Positions 34,873 to 43,982 of a DNA stretch of 64,000 nt are shown here, piece by piece. Each line of letters opens with the position of its first letter. Positions within the stretch are counted from its first letter, which is position 1. The notes below the pieces were generated by a model that did not search any database, had not been told where the DNA came from, and saw nothing but the letters and a program-made list of their open reading frames with translations. The position numbers were made by a program, and so were the translations under genes. Where the stretch lies: sequence record OR842557, one strand, 5' to 3'. Source of the DNA: Escherichia phage 04086.

Positions 34873-36690
34873 ATGATTAAGAATGAAATTAAAGTACTGT
34901 CCGACATTGAACATATCAAAAAACGTAGTGGGATGTATATTGGCTCCAGTGCTAATGAAGCTCACGGTCGATTCCTGTTTGGTAATTTTACACAGGTAAA
35001 CTATGTTCCTGGACTAGTTAAATTAATTGACGAAATCATTGATAACTCTGTCGATGAAGCTATTCGTACCAATTTTAAATTCGCAAATAAAATTGATGTT
35101 CAAATTAAGAATAACCAGGTTTCAGTTTCTGATAATGGTCGTGGTATTCCACAAGCAATGGTCACCGACCAAAATGGTGAACAGATTCCAGGTCCTGTAG
35201 CAGCATGGACTATTCCAAAGGCGGGTGGTAACTTTGGAGATGACGCTGAGCGTAAGACAGGCGGCATGAATGGTGTCGGTAGTAGTTTAACTAATATCTT
35301 CTCCGTTTTGTTCACAGGCATCACCTCTGATGGCGAGAATGAAATTACAGTTAACTGTTCCAATGGAATGGAAAACAAAGGTTGGTCTACTAAGAAATCT
35401 AAAGGTAAGGGTACTTCGGTTATATTCACTCCAGACTTTAATCATTTTGAAGAGAACTCTCTATCACAAATTTATCTGGATATTACTCTAGATCGTCTTA
35501 AAACTCTAGCTGTAATTTATCCTAGTATCCAATTTACTTTTAATGGTAAAAAAGTAGATGGTAACTTTAAAAAGTATGCTAATCAATTTGGTAAAGATGT
35601 AGTAATTCAAGAAACCGATAATGTCTCAATGGCATTTACCACATCTCCGGATGGATTCCGTCACCTAACTTATGTGAACAATATTCATACTAAGAATGGT
35701 GGTCATCATGTTGAATGTGTGTTTGATGATATCTGCGAACATCTCTTGCCAGGCATCAAGAAGAAATATAAAGGCATCGAAGTAAGTAAGGCCCGAGTTA
35801 AAGAATGCTTAACTATGCTGATGTTCATTCGCGATATGAGTAATATGCGTTTTGATTCCCAGACTAAAGAACGTTTGACGTCACCATTCGGTGAAATTCG
35901 TAACCATATTCAAATTGATGCAAAGAAAATCTCACAGTATATTCTTAAAGACGAAGGGTTGATTATGCCTATCGTTGAAGCTGCTTTAGCACGTAAATTA
36001 GCAGCTGAAAAGGCTGCCGAAACTAAAGCCGCTAAGAAAGCTTCTAAAGCCAAGGTCCATAAGCATATTAAAGCTAACTTATACGGCAAAGATGCTGATA
36101 CAACCCTGTTCCTAACCGAAGGTGATTCCGCTATGGGTCCTTTCATTGAAGTCCGTAATAAAGACCTTCAAGGTGGTTATCCGTTACGTGGTAAGGTTAT
36201 GAATACCTGGGGAATGACAGCAACAGATATCATGAAGAACAAGGAACTATTTGATATCTGTGCAATCACTGGACTGGTTATTGGTGAACCTGCAGAGAAA
36301 ACCAACTATCGTAATATCGCTATCATGACCGATGCTGATGTGGATGGTACTGGTTCGATTTATCCATCATTGCTAGCCTTCTTTAGTCAATGGCCTGAAT
36401 TGTTCGAACAAGGTCGAGTGCGGTTCTGTAAAACTCCGGTAATTATTGCTCAGGTGGGTAAAGAACAGGAATGGTTCTATGATGTCCCTAGTTATACCAA
36501 AGCTAAGGACTCTCTACCAAAACATTCTATTCGTTATATCAAAGGACTAGGTTCTCTTGAGAAGGCCGAATACCGTCGAATGATTCAAGACCCTAAATTT
36601 GATGTGGTTCAATTGCCTGAAGATTGGAAAGAACAGTTCGAAATGCTCCTCGGAAACGACCCTCAACTCCGTAAGGCCTGGATGTCGTAA
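34873..36690 (+). CDS. 39: DNA topoisomerase II large subunit gp39 (GyrB-like), unsplit
   Basis: GHKL ATPase N-terminus, TOPRIM region; 605 aa, i.e. gp39 plus gp60-equivalent in one ORF. Confidence 0.93.
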   Translation: MIKNEIKVLSDIEHIKKRSGMYIGSSANEAHGRFLFGNFTQVNYVPGLVKLIDEIIDNSVDEAIRTNFKFANKIDVQIKNNQVSVSDNGRGIPQAMVTDQNGEQIPGPVAAWTIPKAGGNFGDDAERKTGGMNGVGSSLTNIFSVLFTGITSDGENEITVNCSNGMENKGWSTKKSKGKGTSVIFTPDFNHFEENSLSQIYLDITLDRLKTLAVIYPSIQFTFNGKKVDGNFKKYANQFGKDVVIQETDNVSMAFTTSPDGFRHLTYVNNIHTKNGGHHVECVFDDICEHLLPGIKKKYKGIEVSKARVKECLTMLMFIRDMSNMRFDSQTKERLTSPFGEIRNHIQIDAKKISQYILKDEGLIMPIVEAALARKLAAEKAAETKAAKKASKAKVHKHIKANLYGKDADTTLFLTEGDSAMGPFIEVRNKDLQGGYPLRGKVMNTWGMTATDIMKNKELFDICAITGLVIGEPAEKTNYRNIAIMTDADVDGTGSIYPSLLAFFSQWPELFEQGRVRFCKTPVIIAQVGKEQEWFYDVPSYTKAKDSLPKHSIRYIKGLGSLEKAEYRRMIQDPKFDVVQLPEDWKEQFEMLLGNDPQLRKAWMS

Positions 36691-36733
36691 TAAATATGTA
36701 TGGTACATGAGTGCCATACAATTAGGAGACTTT

Positions 36734-36886
36734 ATGAGAAAGTACTGGATAACGCTAGCCACCGGTGAATTTGGATATCTCTGGGCTGAGAAGAGACCTT
36801 TGTTCGCAGAGTACGTGACCATTATGGTAGAAACCTGGGAAGGCGAATTTTATCAAGTTCGAGGACAAGTCTACAAAATTGAATAA
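36734..36886 (+). CDS. hypothetical small protein (50 aa)
   Basis: AGGAG RBS 6 nt upstream; alternative start 36707. Confidence 0.4.
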   Translation: MRKYWITLATGEFGYLWAEKRPLFAEYVTIMVETWEGEFYQVRGQVYKIE

Positions 36887-36890
36887 TTAA

Positions 36891-36909
36891 GGGCCGCAAG
36901 GCCCTTTTC
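36891..36909 (+). terminator. rho-independent terminator
   Basis: GGGCC-GCAA-GGCCC + TTTTC. Confidence 0.55.
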
Positions 36910-36959
36910 GGGGTTTACAACATAACAAAACTGTGATAGGATTATCTAGAGGTGAGAAT

Positions 36960-37283
36960 ATGATTATGCAAGATAACAGTATAGTGAACACTGATAACCT
37001 GGCTTTATCTTTTATGGAAACGGCTATTCGTAACTGTAAAGATGAAGGAGTAGTGACTACAAGCGGTAAGGGACTTGAATACCTTAAGGCTGTAAAATCT
37101 ATTGCCTTAAAGATTAAAGATAACCAGGCGCTCTCTCCTGTTGTCCAGGAAAAGGTTTTAGAGATAATGTATCGCCACAGAGAGCACAAAAGTACAATGG
37201 GTTCTATGAGAAGAATTCTGGCTGAACTTGGTTCTACCAGAGAATATGTTCAACATGAGGTAGTTAAAAATGACAAACTTTAA
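36960..37283 (+). CDS. hypothetical protein
   Basis: GGTGAG RBS; track GTG start 36933 rejected. Confidence 0.45.
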   Translation: MIMQDNSIVNTDNLALSFMETAIRNCKDEGVVTTSGKGLEYLKAVKSIALKIKDNQALSPVVQEKVLEIMYRHREHKSTMGSMRRILAELGSTREYVQHEVVKNDKL

Positions 37284-37473
37284 AGTGAATATTGATTTGT
37301 TCGATAAAGCCGTCCATAAAGAATTCCGGCTAATCCAGCGATTTTTTGATATCAATGCGGCTGAGGATTTTAAAGAACGCTTTAAAGAAATCAGATATAA
37401 AATACTCAACGACATCGCTACTAAGGACGAGCTCCTTGAAGTGGCAGACCTTTTTAAACGTAACCTGAATTGA
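37270..37473 (+). CDS. hypothetical protein (rIIA.1-like position)
   Basis: ORF immediately upstream of rIIA. Confidence 0.45.
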   Translation: MTNFKVNIDLFDKAVHKEFRLIQRFFDINAAEDFKERFKEIRYKILNDIATKDELLEVADLFKRNLN

Positions 37474-37480
37474 GAAAAAT

Positions 37481-39691
37481 ATGATTATCGAAACCGAAAA
37501 AGAACAAATCATTGGTAATGGTGCTAAGTCCACAGGCTTTACTATCCAGGCATCGCCTAAGGTCTTTAAAATTCTGTCGTCAGACCTTTATAGTAATAAG
37601 GTACGTGCTGTAGTACGTGAACTAATTACCAACATGATTGATGCTCATATTCTGAATGGTAATAAAGAACGTTGGAAAGTACAGGTTCCTGGTAAACTGG
37701 ACCCTCGTTTCGTGTGCCGTGACTTCGGGCCGGGTATGAGCGATTTCCAAATTCGCGGTGATGAAAATGAAACAGGTTTGTACAACTCTTATTTCGCATC
37801 ATCCAAAACGGCTTCTAATGATTTCATCGGCGGCTTTGGCCTTGGTTCAAAATCTCCGTTCAGTTATACCGAAACGTTTAATATCACCTCATGGCATAAC
37901 GGTGAAGTTCGTGGTTATGTAGCTTATATGGACGGCGATGGCCCGCAGATTAAACCCACTTTCGTCGAACCTATGCAGCCAGGCGATAAAACAGGTATCG
38001 AAATCACGGTTCCTGTTGATGAAGAAGATTTCCGTAAGTTTGAAACTGAAGTTCGTTATATCATGCGGCCTTTCATTGGCCTTGGTGATGTCGATGGTGT
38101 TGAAGTTGATTATTTCCCTGAATTTGACGATTACTATCCTGTAACCACTACAAATTATGGCAACTTCGAACGTTCAGGTCTTTATGCTGTTTATGGTGGT
38201 ATTGTCTATCCATTAGATTCAGCTTATAATAAAGGCACATGGATGCGTACTCGCCATGATGTAGTTTATATTAAGTTCCCTATGGGTTCACTGGATATTG
38301 CTCCGTCTCGTGAAGTGCTGTCTCTTGATAAACGTACGATGGAAAATATTGCAACCCGTATCGAAGCACTGGATGCCTTGGTCTTTAAAAACGATACACA
38401 GGAATGGGTTGAATCTGATAATCCACGCCATGTTTATCGTGACCTTTCTAACCTTGGTTACAGTGCTCGTGACTATCTTACCAAAAAAGGTGGAACTAGC
38501 CTGTTTACTACAGAAAAATTGACCTTTGAAAAACTGTATCAAAAATATACACTTCAAAACGACCTTCTTAATTTAGGCGTTGTTTACGAAATCGTTTCAG
38601 ACCCACGTTTGAAACGAATTAAGCCGAGTGGTAATACTTCTTCGGTGGCAGGACTTAGTAGTTTATTAGGCATTAATAAGAAAGAAATCCATGTTGTTTA
38701 TGATGATGAAAAGGGTCGTGTGCCACTAGTTCGAGGACTTTGGGCCTTGGCAATGGACAACAGTGCTTCGGCTAAGAAAATTGTTAAAGAGAACAATATT
38801 CCTAAATACGGAACCGACCTTATTTTTGTCGACCCAAATTCAATGCTGCAAATGCAACAACTTGAAAAGGTTAAAGAACTTTTTAAAGGTGACACCATTC
38901 ATTTTTATAAAGTCTCAGAGCTGAATAAAATTGTTAAGCCATGGATTCCGGTTACTGTGCGTTCATCAGAACCTCGTCCTAAAACACCGAGTGCTTATCG
39001 TTGGTTCATTAAAGACGGGCGTTGGCAAACAGAGACCATGTATTTGACCGCCGCAGAAGCAGAAGAAATTACAGGTTATGTGCTGTTTGGCAGTCGTTCT
39101 GATATCATGGGAATGGACGAAGCTTATGGTATCTTTGACATCAATACCACTACCATGTGTCGTATGGCTAATTTGATTGGTGTAACAGAATTCCATATCA
39201 TTCGCCCTCAGATTGCCAAAAAGATTAAAAAGTTAGGTCAATGTGAATGCTTGATGGAAGCTACATTAGAAGCCTATGCCGAAGCCCTAGACGCGGTAGA
39301 TGTTGATGACTACCTTGGTAGTAATACCCGTGCTCGGTATTACCTTGAAATCATTGCCAAGTTCCCTGAGCTCGGTTTCATGACTAAGTATTTTAGTGAT
39401 AAGCCTGTGACTGAAGCATATACTCGTCTGAGTAATTTCTATGATATATTCCGTTATATGAATTTCCATGGTTATATCACTGATGACAAGCTTTCCGTTA
39501 TCAAGAAAATTTGTAACACCACGTTTAATACGTTAACCAATAATGCTTCAAGCAACAATGATAAAATGACTTTACAGTTTGAATCTGATTACCATTTAGT
39601 TTCGGACTACATGTATCGTCGTGGAACATCCATTACCGAGGCTTCTGTAGCTCAAATCGTTAAATTCATGAAAGCCGTGGAAGCGGCTTAA
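37481..39691 (+). CDS. rIIA: rIIA membrane-associated protein (GHKL ATPase-like N-terminus)
   Basis: 736 aa; N-terminus MIIETEKEQIIGNG...VRELITNMIDAH matches T4 rIIA as recalled. Confidence 0.93.
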   Translation: MIIETEKEQIIGNGAKSTGFTIQASPKVFKILSSDLYSNKVRAVVRELITNMIDAHILNGNKERWKVQVPGKLDPRFVCRDFGPGMSDFQIRGDENETGLYNSYFASSKTASNDFIGGFGLGSKSPFSYTETFNITSWHNGEVRGYVAYMDGDGPQIKPTFVEPMQPGDKTGIEITVPVDEEDFRKFETEVRYIMRPFIGLGDVDGVEVDYFPEFDDYYPVTTTNYGNFERSGLYAVYGGIVYPLDSAYNKGTWMRTRHDVVYIKFPMGSLDIAPSREVLSLDKRTMENIATRIEALDALVFKNDTQEWVESDNPRHVYRDLSNLGYSARDYLTKKGGTSLFTTEKLTFEKLYQKYTLQNDLLNLGVVYEIVSDPRLKRIKPSGNTSSVAGLSSLLGINKKEIHVVYDDEKGRVPLVRGLWALAMDNSASAKKIVKENNIPKYGTDLIFVDPNSMLQMQQLEKVKELFKGDTIHFYKVSELNKIVKPWIPVTVRSSEPRPKTPSAYRWFIKDGRWQTETMYLTAAEAEEITGYVLFGSRSDIMGMDEAYGIFDINTTTMCRMANLIGVTEFHIIRPQIAKKIKKLGQCECLMEATLEAYAEALDAVDVDDYLGSNTRARYYLEIIAKFPELGFMTKYFSDKPVTEAYTRLSNFYDIFRYMNFHGYITDDKLSVIKKICNTTFNTLTNNASSNNDKMTLQFESDYHLVSDYMYRRGTSITEASVAQIVKFMKAVEAA

Positions 39692-39705
39692 TCTAAGGAA
39701 ATATT

Positions 39706-40872
39706 ATGTACAATATTAAGTGTCTGGCTAAATCTGAACAAGAGAAAGTAGTTTCCCTCTATAAATCCGGTAATTATACTCAGCAAGAATTAGCTGACTG
39801 GTATAGTGTTTCGGTTGATACCATTCGTAAAGTCCTGAAAAATGCTGAAGAAGCTAAACGTTCTCAAGTGGCTAAAGAATTAGCCGAATCTCTTAAAAAA
39901 GCACCTACTGTACCTCTTAACGCCCCAACAGAAGTGGTTATTACTGGAAATATCAAAGTAACGGTTCCTAACGAGCCTCGTGTAGTTCCGGTTGATATTA
40001 CTATTGGTGGTTCTCGTCCAGAAATTATCTGGAATGCTAGTTCTAAATTCGTGTCCATCACCGAAGGCCGTACAGTATGGAACACCACTAATAAGAACAA
40101 ACATTTTGATGCCATCGTACAGGCTCTTAAAGAATCTCGTTTTGACGACGCGATTAAACTGATTTCCATTAAAGAAGCTGTTAAGGCCTTCGTCAAAGGT
40201 AACGTTCGTATTGAAGGCGGACGTCTGGTTTATCAAGGTATCGAATTGCGTTCCGGTTTGATTGACCGTATTATCACCTCAATGGAAAATGGCGAAGACT
40301 TCGAATTCTACCTGCCGTTCCTTGAGAACCTGTTAGAAAACCCAAGTGAAAAAGCTGTACAGCGTCTGTTCGACTTCTTGGTCGCGAACGATATCAAAAT
40401 CACTGAAGACGGCCACTTTATCACATGGAAGGTGGTTAACTCCGATTACACCGACTGCCGTACTGGTACGTTTGATAANNNTGAAAAAGCTGTACAGCGT
40501 CTGTTCGACTTCTTGGTCGCGAACGATATCAAAATCACTGAAGACGGCCACTTTATCACATGGAAGGTGGTTAACTCCGATTACACCGACTGCCGTACTG
40601 GTACGTTTGATAACTCACCAGGCAAACCGGTTAAAATGCCTCGTTCACGTGTAAACAATGACGACACAGTAACTTGTTCAAGCGGTCTACACGTTTGCTC
40701 TCGTAGCTATATCGGCGCATTTGGTAATTCAAACAACCGTGTAGTTTCATGTAAAGTTAACCCACGTGATGTTGTTAGTATTCCTGTTGATTATGGCGAT
40801 GCTAAAATGCGCGTATGTTATTATGAAGTTCTGGAAGACGTTACCGATCAGTTTAAATCAGATTTACGTTAA
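39706..40872 (+). CDS. rIIB: rIIB protein
   Basis: N-terminal MYNIKCL...GNYTQQELADW; N-junction duplication at 40479. Confidence 0.9.
   Translation: MYNIKCLAKSEQEKVVSLYKSGNYTQQELADWYSVSVDTIRKVLKNAEEAKRSQVAKELAESLKKAPTVPLNAPTEVVITGNIKVTVPNEPRVVPVDITIGGSRPEIIWNASSKFVSITEGRTVWNTTNKNKHFDAIVQALKESRFDDAIKLISIKEAVKAFVKGNVRIEGGRLVYQGIELRSGLIDRIITSMENGEDFEFYLPFLENLLENPSEKAVQRLFDFLVANDIKITEDGHFITWKVVNSDYTDCRTGTFDXXEKAVQRLFDFLVANDIKITEDGHFITWKVVNSDYTDCRTGTFDNSPGKPVKMPRSRVNNDDTVTCSSGLHVCSRSYIGAFGNSNNRVVSCKVNPRDVVSIPVDYGDAKMRVCYYEVLEDVTDQFKSDLR
40347..40613 (+). repeat. N-flanked near-identical duplication (N at 40479-40481), likely artefact
   Basis: ~130-bp unit repeated in rIIB. Confidence 0.7.
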
Positions 40873-40908
40873 AACTAAACGGAGGCTTCGGCCTCCTAAG
40901 AGGAAATT

Positions 40909-41106
40909 ATGTTAGGTTACCAAGCACGTGTAGTTGAAGAATACGACCAGTTAGTTCTTAAAATTAATGCACTAGAAACCTTTATTAAAGGCGGTGTTTT
41001 TGAAACTCTTGATATCCGTCAACAAGGGTTACTGATTGCCCAACTGGATGCGATGGGTGCATATGCTCATTGTTTAGAGGTTCGTATTTCTTATTTCGGT
41101 GAGTAA
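40909..41106 (+). CDS. hypothetical protein
   Basis: ORF after stem-loop GGAGGC-TTCG-GCCTCC. Confidence 0.45.
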   Translation: MLGYQARVVEEYDQLVLKINALETFIKGGVFETLDIRQQGLLIAQLDAMGAYAHCLEVRISYFGE

Positions 41107-41107
41107 A

Positions 41108-41407
41108 ATGATTAATTACCTGAATGTCAGTGAACGTGATATCAAGATTTCTAATTTGCGTGGGTTCCATAAAGCAGGTACTGTTTATTGTGCTAAGCTT
41201 GTTAAACACCCTGGTGATGTTCATTACGCTTTTTTAGAATGCGATGAGGTGGTCGAAGGTGAATTTCCTTTAATTGATTCTGATACTTTAGAACCCGACG
41301 ACCGAATTTATTACGGCGAACTTCATATTCGAGGCATTTATGGTGAAGACGAACCCGGGACTACTCCGATTGGCAGCGATGCCGACATTTACCCTGAAGA
41401 CATCTGA
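41108..41407 (+). CDS. hypothetical protein
   Basis: ATG after upstream stop; overlaps next ORF N-terminus. Confidence 0.4.
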   Translation: MINYLNVSERDIKISNLRGFHKAGTVYCAKLVKHPGDVHYAFLECDEVVEGEFPLIDSDTLEPDDRIYYGELHIRGIYGEDEPGTTPIGSDADIYPEDI

Positions 41408-41897
41408 TTTAACAGGTGAAATGAAGGTTAAGATTAAGGATACCGTATTGTATTCCTTAAGCCAAGACCCATCCCAAGATAAGAAAGAAGTATTGACTCG
41501 GTGTGTTATTGCAACATACGCTGAGTACATGGTGGCTGATTGGTTGAAAGGATACGTTAACAGTGGTCTAGAAGACCATGACGACCCTTATACCTATGCA
41601 TGGGATGTTTTAGCTCATCCTATGTACTGTGGACTACGTGTAGAGGTCAAGACCCATCAATCAGATTCTAAGTGGATTTCCTGCACTACAGGATACTCTG
41701 GTGACTTCCCTTATGGAACAGGGATTAACCTAGGACCGCTCTTGAATCATAAAGTTGCAGACTGTATAATCATATTCGACACTTCAGTAAATGAGGCAGG
41801 CGACGTCCTGTTCACTCCTAAGTTCTCTGGTGACAGAGAATCCATCACAAAGCTAGTCCGTAAGAGCAATTACAACGGCTGGTATCTCGCATTATAA
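41340..41897 (+). CDS. hypothetical protein in denB (endonuclease IV) syntenic position
   Basis: 185-aa ORF from ATG; alternative start 41421 (MKVKIKD, GGTGA RBS) would remove the overlap; synteny only. Confidence 0.4.
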   Translation: MVKTNPGLLRLAAMPTFTLKTSDLTGEMKVKIKDTVLYSLSQDPSQDKKEVLTRCVIATYAEYMVADWLKGYVNSGLEDHDDPYTYAWDVLAHPMYCGLRVEVKTHQSDSKWISCTTGYSGDFPYGTGINLGPLLNHKVADCIIIFDTSVNEAGDVLFTPKFSGDRESITKLVRKSNYNGWYLAL

Positions 41898-41910
41898 TTT
41901 TAATAAAGTA

Positions 41911-41952
41911 GTTTACATACGCCATGGATGGTGTTACTATCTTCCTATCAAC
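41911..41952 (+). promoter_or_regulatory. early promoter
   Basis: GTTTAC..TACTAT + CCTATCAAC. Confidence 0.6.
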
Positions 41953-41968
41953 TAATGAGGAGAACAAA

Positions 41969-42235
41969 ATGGATATCAAATTATATTACGCTAAACACAA
42001 AGTTACAGGTACGGTTGTTGCTGCTATGTATGACGCGTCAGGTGATGGTGACGATATTACTACAGAGTTATCTCTTTCTGAATGTAAATTTCTCCGTCCT
42101 TTAATCGCATCAAAGGAAGATTTACAAAAACTTATCGACGGTAAACTGGATAATGTCGACGGCATAGTTATTCTTTATGACCTCCGCACTGCATTGTACA
42201 GGGGATTGATTGAGATAAAAGAGGTAGTGTTTTGA
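41969..42235 (+). CDS. hypothetical protein
   Basis: GAGGAGAA RBS. Confidence 0.5.
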   Translation: MDIKLYYAKHKVTGTVVAAMYDASGDGDDITTELSLSECKFLRPLIASKEDLQKLIDGKLDNVDGIVILYDLRTALYRGLIEIKEVVF

Positions 42236-42325
42236 GTAGCAAAATGTGGTGTCTTATTTGGATGGCCTGTATCCCAGTGATTTGTGTATGTTTTAGTTTA
42301 TTGTTGTGGAAATTGGCATAAAACA

Positions 42326-42366
42326 GTATACATCTCCATTAATCATGATATTATAGACATATCAAC
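42326..42366 (+). promoter_or_regulatory. early promoter variant (GTATAC -35)
   Basis: GTATAC-N17-TATTAT + ATATCAAC. Confidence 0.55.
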
Positions 42367-42380
42367 TAATGGAGATGATT

Positions 42381-42491
42381 ATGAAAAACTTACTTAAAGC
42401 AATTTGGAACATGTTTGTGTTATTTTTGGTATTGAGCATTTTCCCAATCGTTTTTATGATTGACCATGTACGTGTATTCTTTAACTTCTGA
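42381..42491 (+). CDS. small hydrophobic membrane peptide (36 aa)
   Basis: GGAGATG RBS after promoter; hydrophobic; below track cutoff. Confidence 0.35.
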   Translation: MKNLLKAIWNMFVLFLVLSIFPIVFMIDHVRVFFNF

Positions 42492-42501
42492 GGAAAATAT
42501 T

Positions 42502-42714
42502 ATGAAACTTTTTAAAGATGTTGCAGTTGGTGAGAGCTTTGTATTACATAATGGTCAACAACTGATTCGCATTTCTCCTTTGCAAGTTGGGACCGAATTA
42601 CAACCTGTTAACGCTACAGACCTTTATGATTCAACTAAGCGGTTTTGTGTAGGCCCTAGTGTACAGTGCCTTACCGTTGATGAACTGATGGCTATTTCTG
42701 TTGACGCTGAATAA
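42502..42714 (+). CDS. hypothetical protein
   Basis: GAGGAAAA RBS; track TTG start 42460 rejected. Confidence 0.45.
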   Translation: MKLFKDVAVGESFVLHNGQQLIRISPLQVGTELQPVNATDLYDSTKRFCVGPSVQCLTVDELMAISVDAE

Positions 42715-42724
42715 GGAAATTATC

Positions 42725-43069
42725 ATGTCTAAAATCTTTTTTGGTAATGCTAAGGTAATGTTCTTTAAACAACTCAGCCTTCAGGATGCATCGGTAGCAT
42801 TCAATCAAAGTATGATTCCCGGCGTAGATTCAAAAATTATGACGAGTGCCGATTTCGTTTTCGTTCAAGACCCAGAAACAGGCTTTTATCGGTTCATTAA
42901 ATTTCGTATAAGTATGGACCCGTATTATCATAGTGGTTATTATGTAAGCTATGAAAATGTTATCAAAGAACTATGTGATACTTACGGACAGGCTTTGAAC
43001 CCGCTGAACAAGATTTATAATGCAACCTTTTATACGAGCGGATTTATTTTAGAACAGCTACAAAAATAG
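42725..43069 (+). CDS. hypothetical protein
   Basis: AAGGAAA RBS. Confidence 0.45.
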   Translation: MSKIFFGNAKVMFFKQLSLQDASVAFNQSMIPGVDSKIMTSADFVFVQDPETGFYRFIKFRISMDPYYHSGYYVSYENVIKELCDTYGQALNPLNKIYNATFYTSGFILEQLQK

Positions 43070-43097
43070 TTTACAACCTCGAGAATCATGTTATAAT
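43069..43097 (+). promoter_or_regulatory. early promoter (GTTTAC-N17-TATAAT)
   Basis: CATGTTATAATGG context with flanking imperfect inverted repeat. Confidence 0.6.
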
Positions 43098-43146
43098 GGT
43101 TCTCGTTGACTGGATAACAAAACATTAATCTACTGAGGAAATTGAT

Positions 43147-43596
43147 ATGAATACTTATATGACTCGCCGTAACGTTCTGTCTGCTGGTGCTACTACTGTT
43201 GCTTATGTTAAGAATGGTGAATACCAAAATGGTAAACCTTCTAAAGAAATCTCTGCTCAGCCAGGCTTTTACTTCTTTGTTAAAGGTGGAGCTGATTCTC
43301 GTGTCGTAGCGGCTCGTTTTTATGTCGGTAATCAACGTTCGGCTCAAGGTCTTGATGGTATCGTGGCTAATATTCGTAAGAAACGTTCTCAATCAGCTCG
43401 CACTATGGCAGTGAATGGTGTTGTGTATGAAGTTCTTTATGTGCCGGCTTCTAAGATGAAACCTCTGACTACTGGTTTTGGTAAGGGTCAAATTGCAATG
43501 GCTTTCACTCGCAATCATAGTTCCGACCTCCAGACACTGGAAGAAATGAACCGCATGTTGGCTGATAACTTTAAATTCATTCTGCAGGCGTACTAA
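43147..43596 (+). CDS. ndd: probable nucleoid disruption protein Ndd
   Basis: 149 aa; position downstream of rIIB/denB slot; C-terminal [14 protein letters not shown]. Confidence 0.5.
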
Positions 43597-43683
43597 TGAG
43601 CAATTTCCATAACGAACATGTGATGCAATTCTATCGTAACAATCTTAAAACTAAAGGCGTCTTCGGACGCTAATGAGGAAAAT

Positions 43684-43845
43684 ATGGTTATTCTAGTTTT
43701 TATTGAGCTTATTATGGCTATTGTCTGTTCGGTTTGCTTCTTTTTAGGTGTGTGGACCCCTGGTCCGATATTCTTAAGTTTTCTGCTTATTGGCTGGGTT
43801 CTTTCTGCTTTTGTCGGTTTACTTAAGATGATTAAAAATGATTAA
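43684..43845 (+). CDS. small hydrophobic membrane peptide (53 aa)
   Basis: hydrophobic ORF below track cutoff. Confidence 0.3.
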   Translation: MVILVFIELIMAIVCSVCFFLGVWTPGPIFLSFLLIGWVLSAFVGLLKMIKND

Positions 43846-43978
43846 TAAAATCCTGGGCTACTCTGTAGCCCTTGCTGCTTTATTAGTAGCACTGTATTAC
43901 GGAGTAATGTTCGGACTTATCCAAGTTGTGCTTTTTATTTCCGATGTTATTATGGCTATTCATTCACTAGTATGGTAA
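43838..43978 (+). CDS. small hydrophobic membrane peptide (46 aa)
   Basis: overlaps previous stop; hydrophobic. Confidence 0.3.
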   Translation: MINKILGYSVALAALLVALYYGVMFGLIQVVLFISDVIMAIHSLVW

Positions 43979-43982
43979 AATT

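Larger units (their letters stand above)
34538..34916 (+). repeat. N-flanked near-identical duplication (N at 34727), likely artefact
   Basis: ~190-bp unit including terminator, promoter and gene 39 start repeated. Confidence 0.7.
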
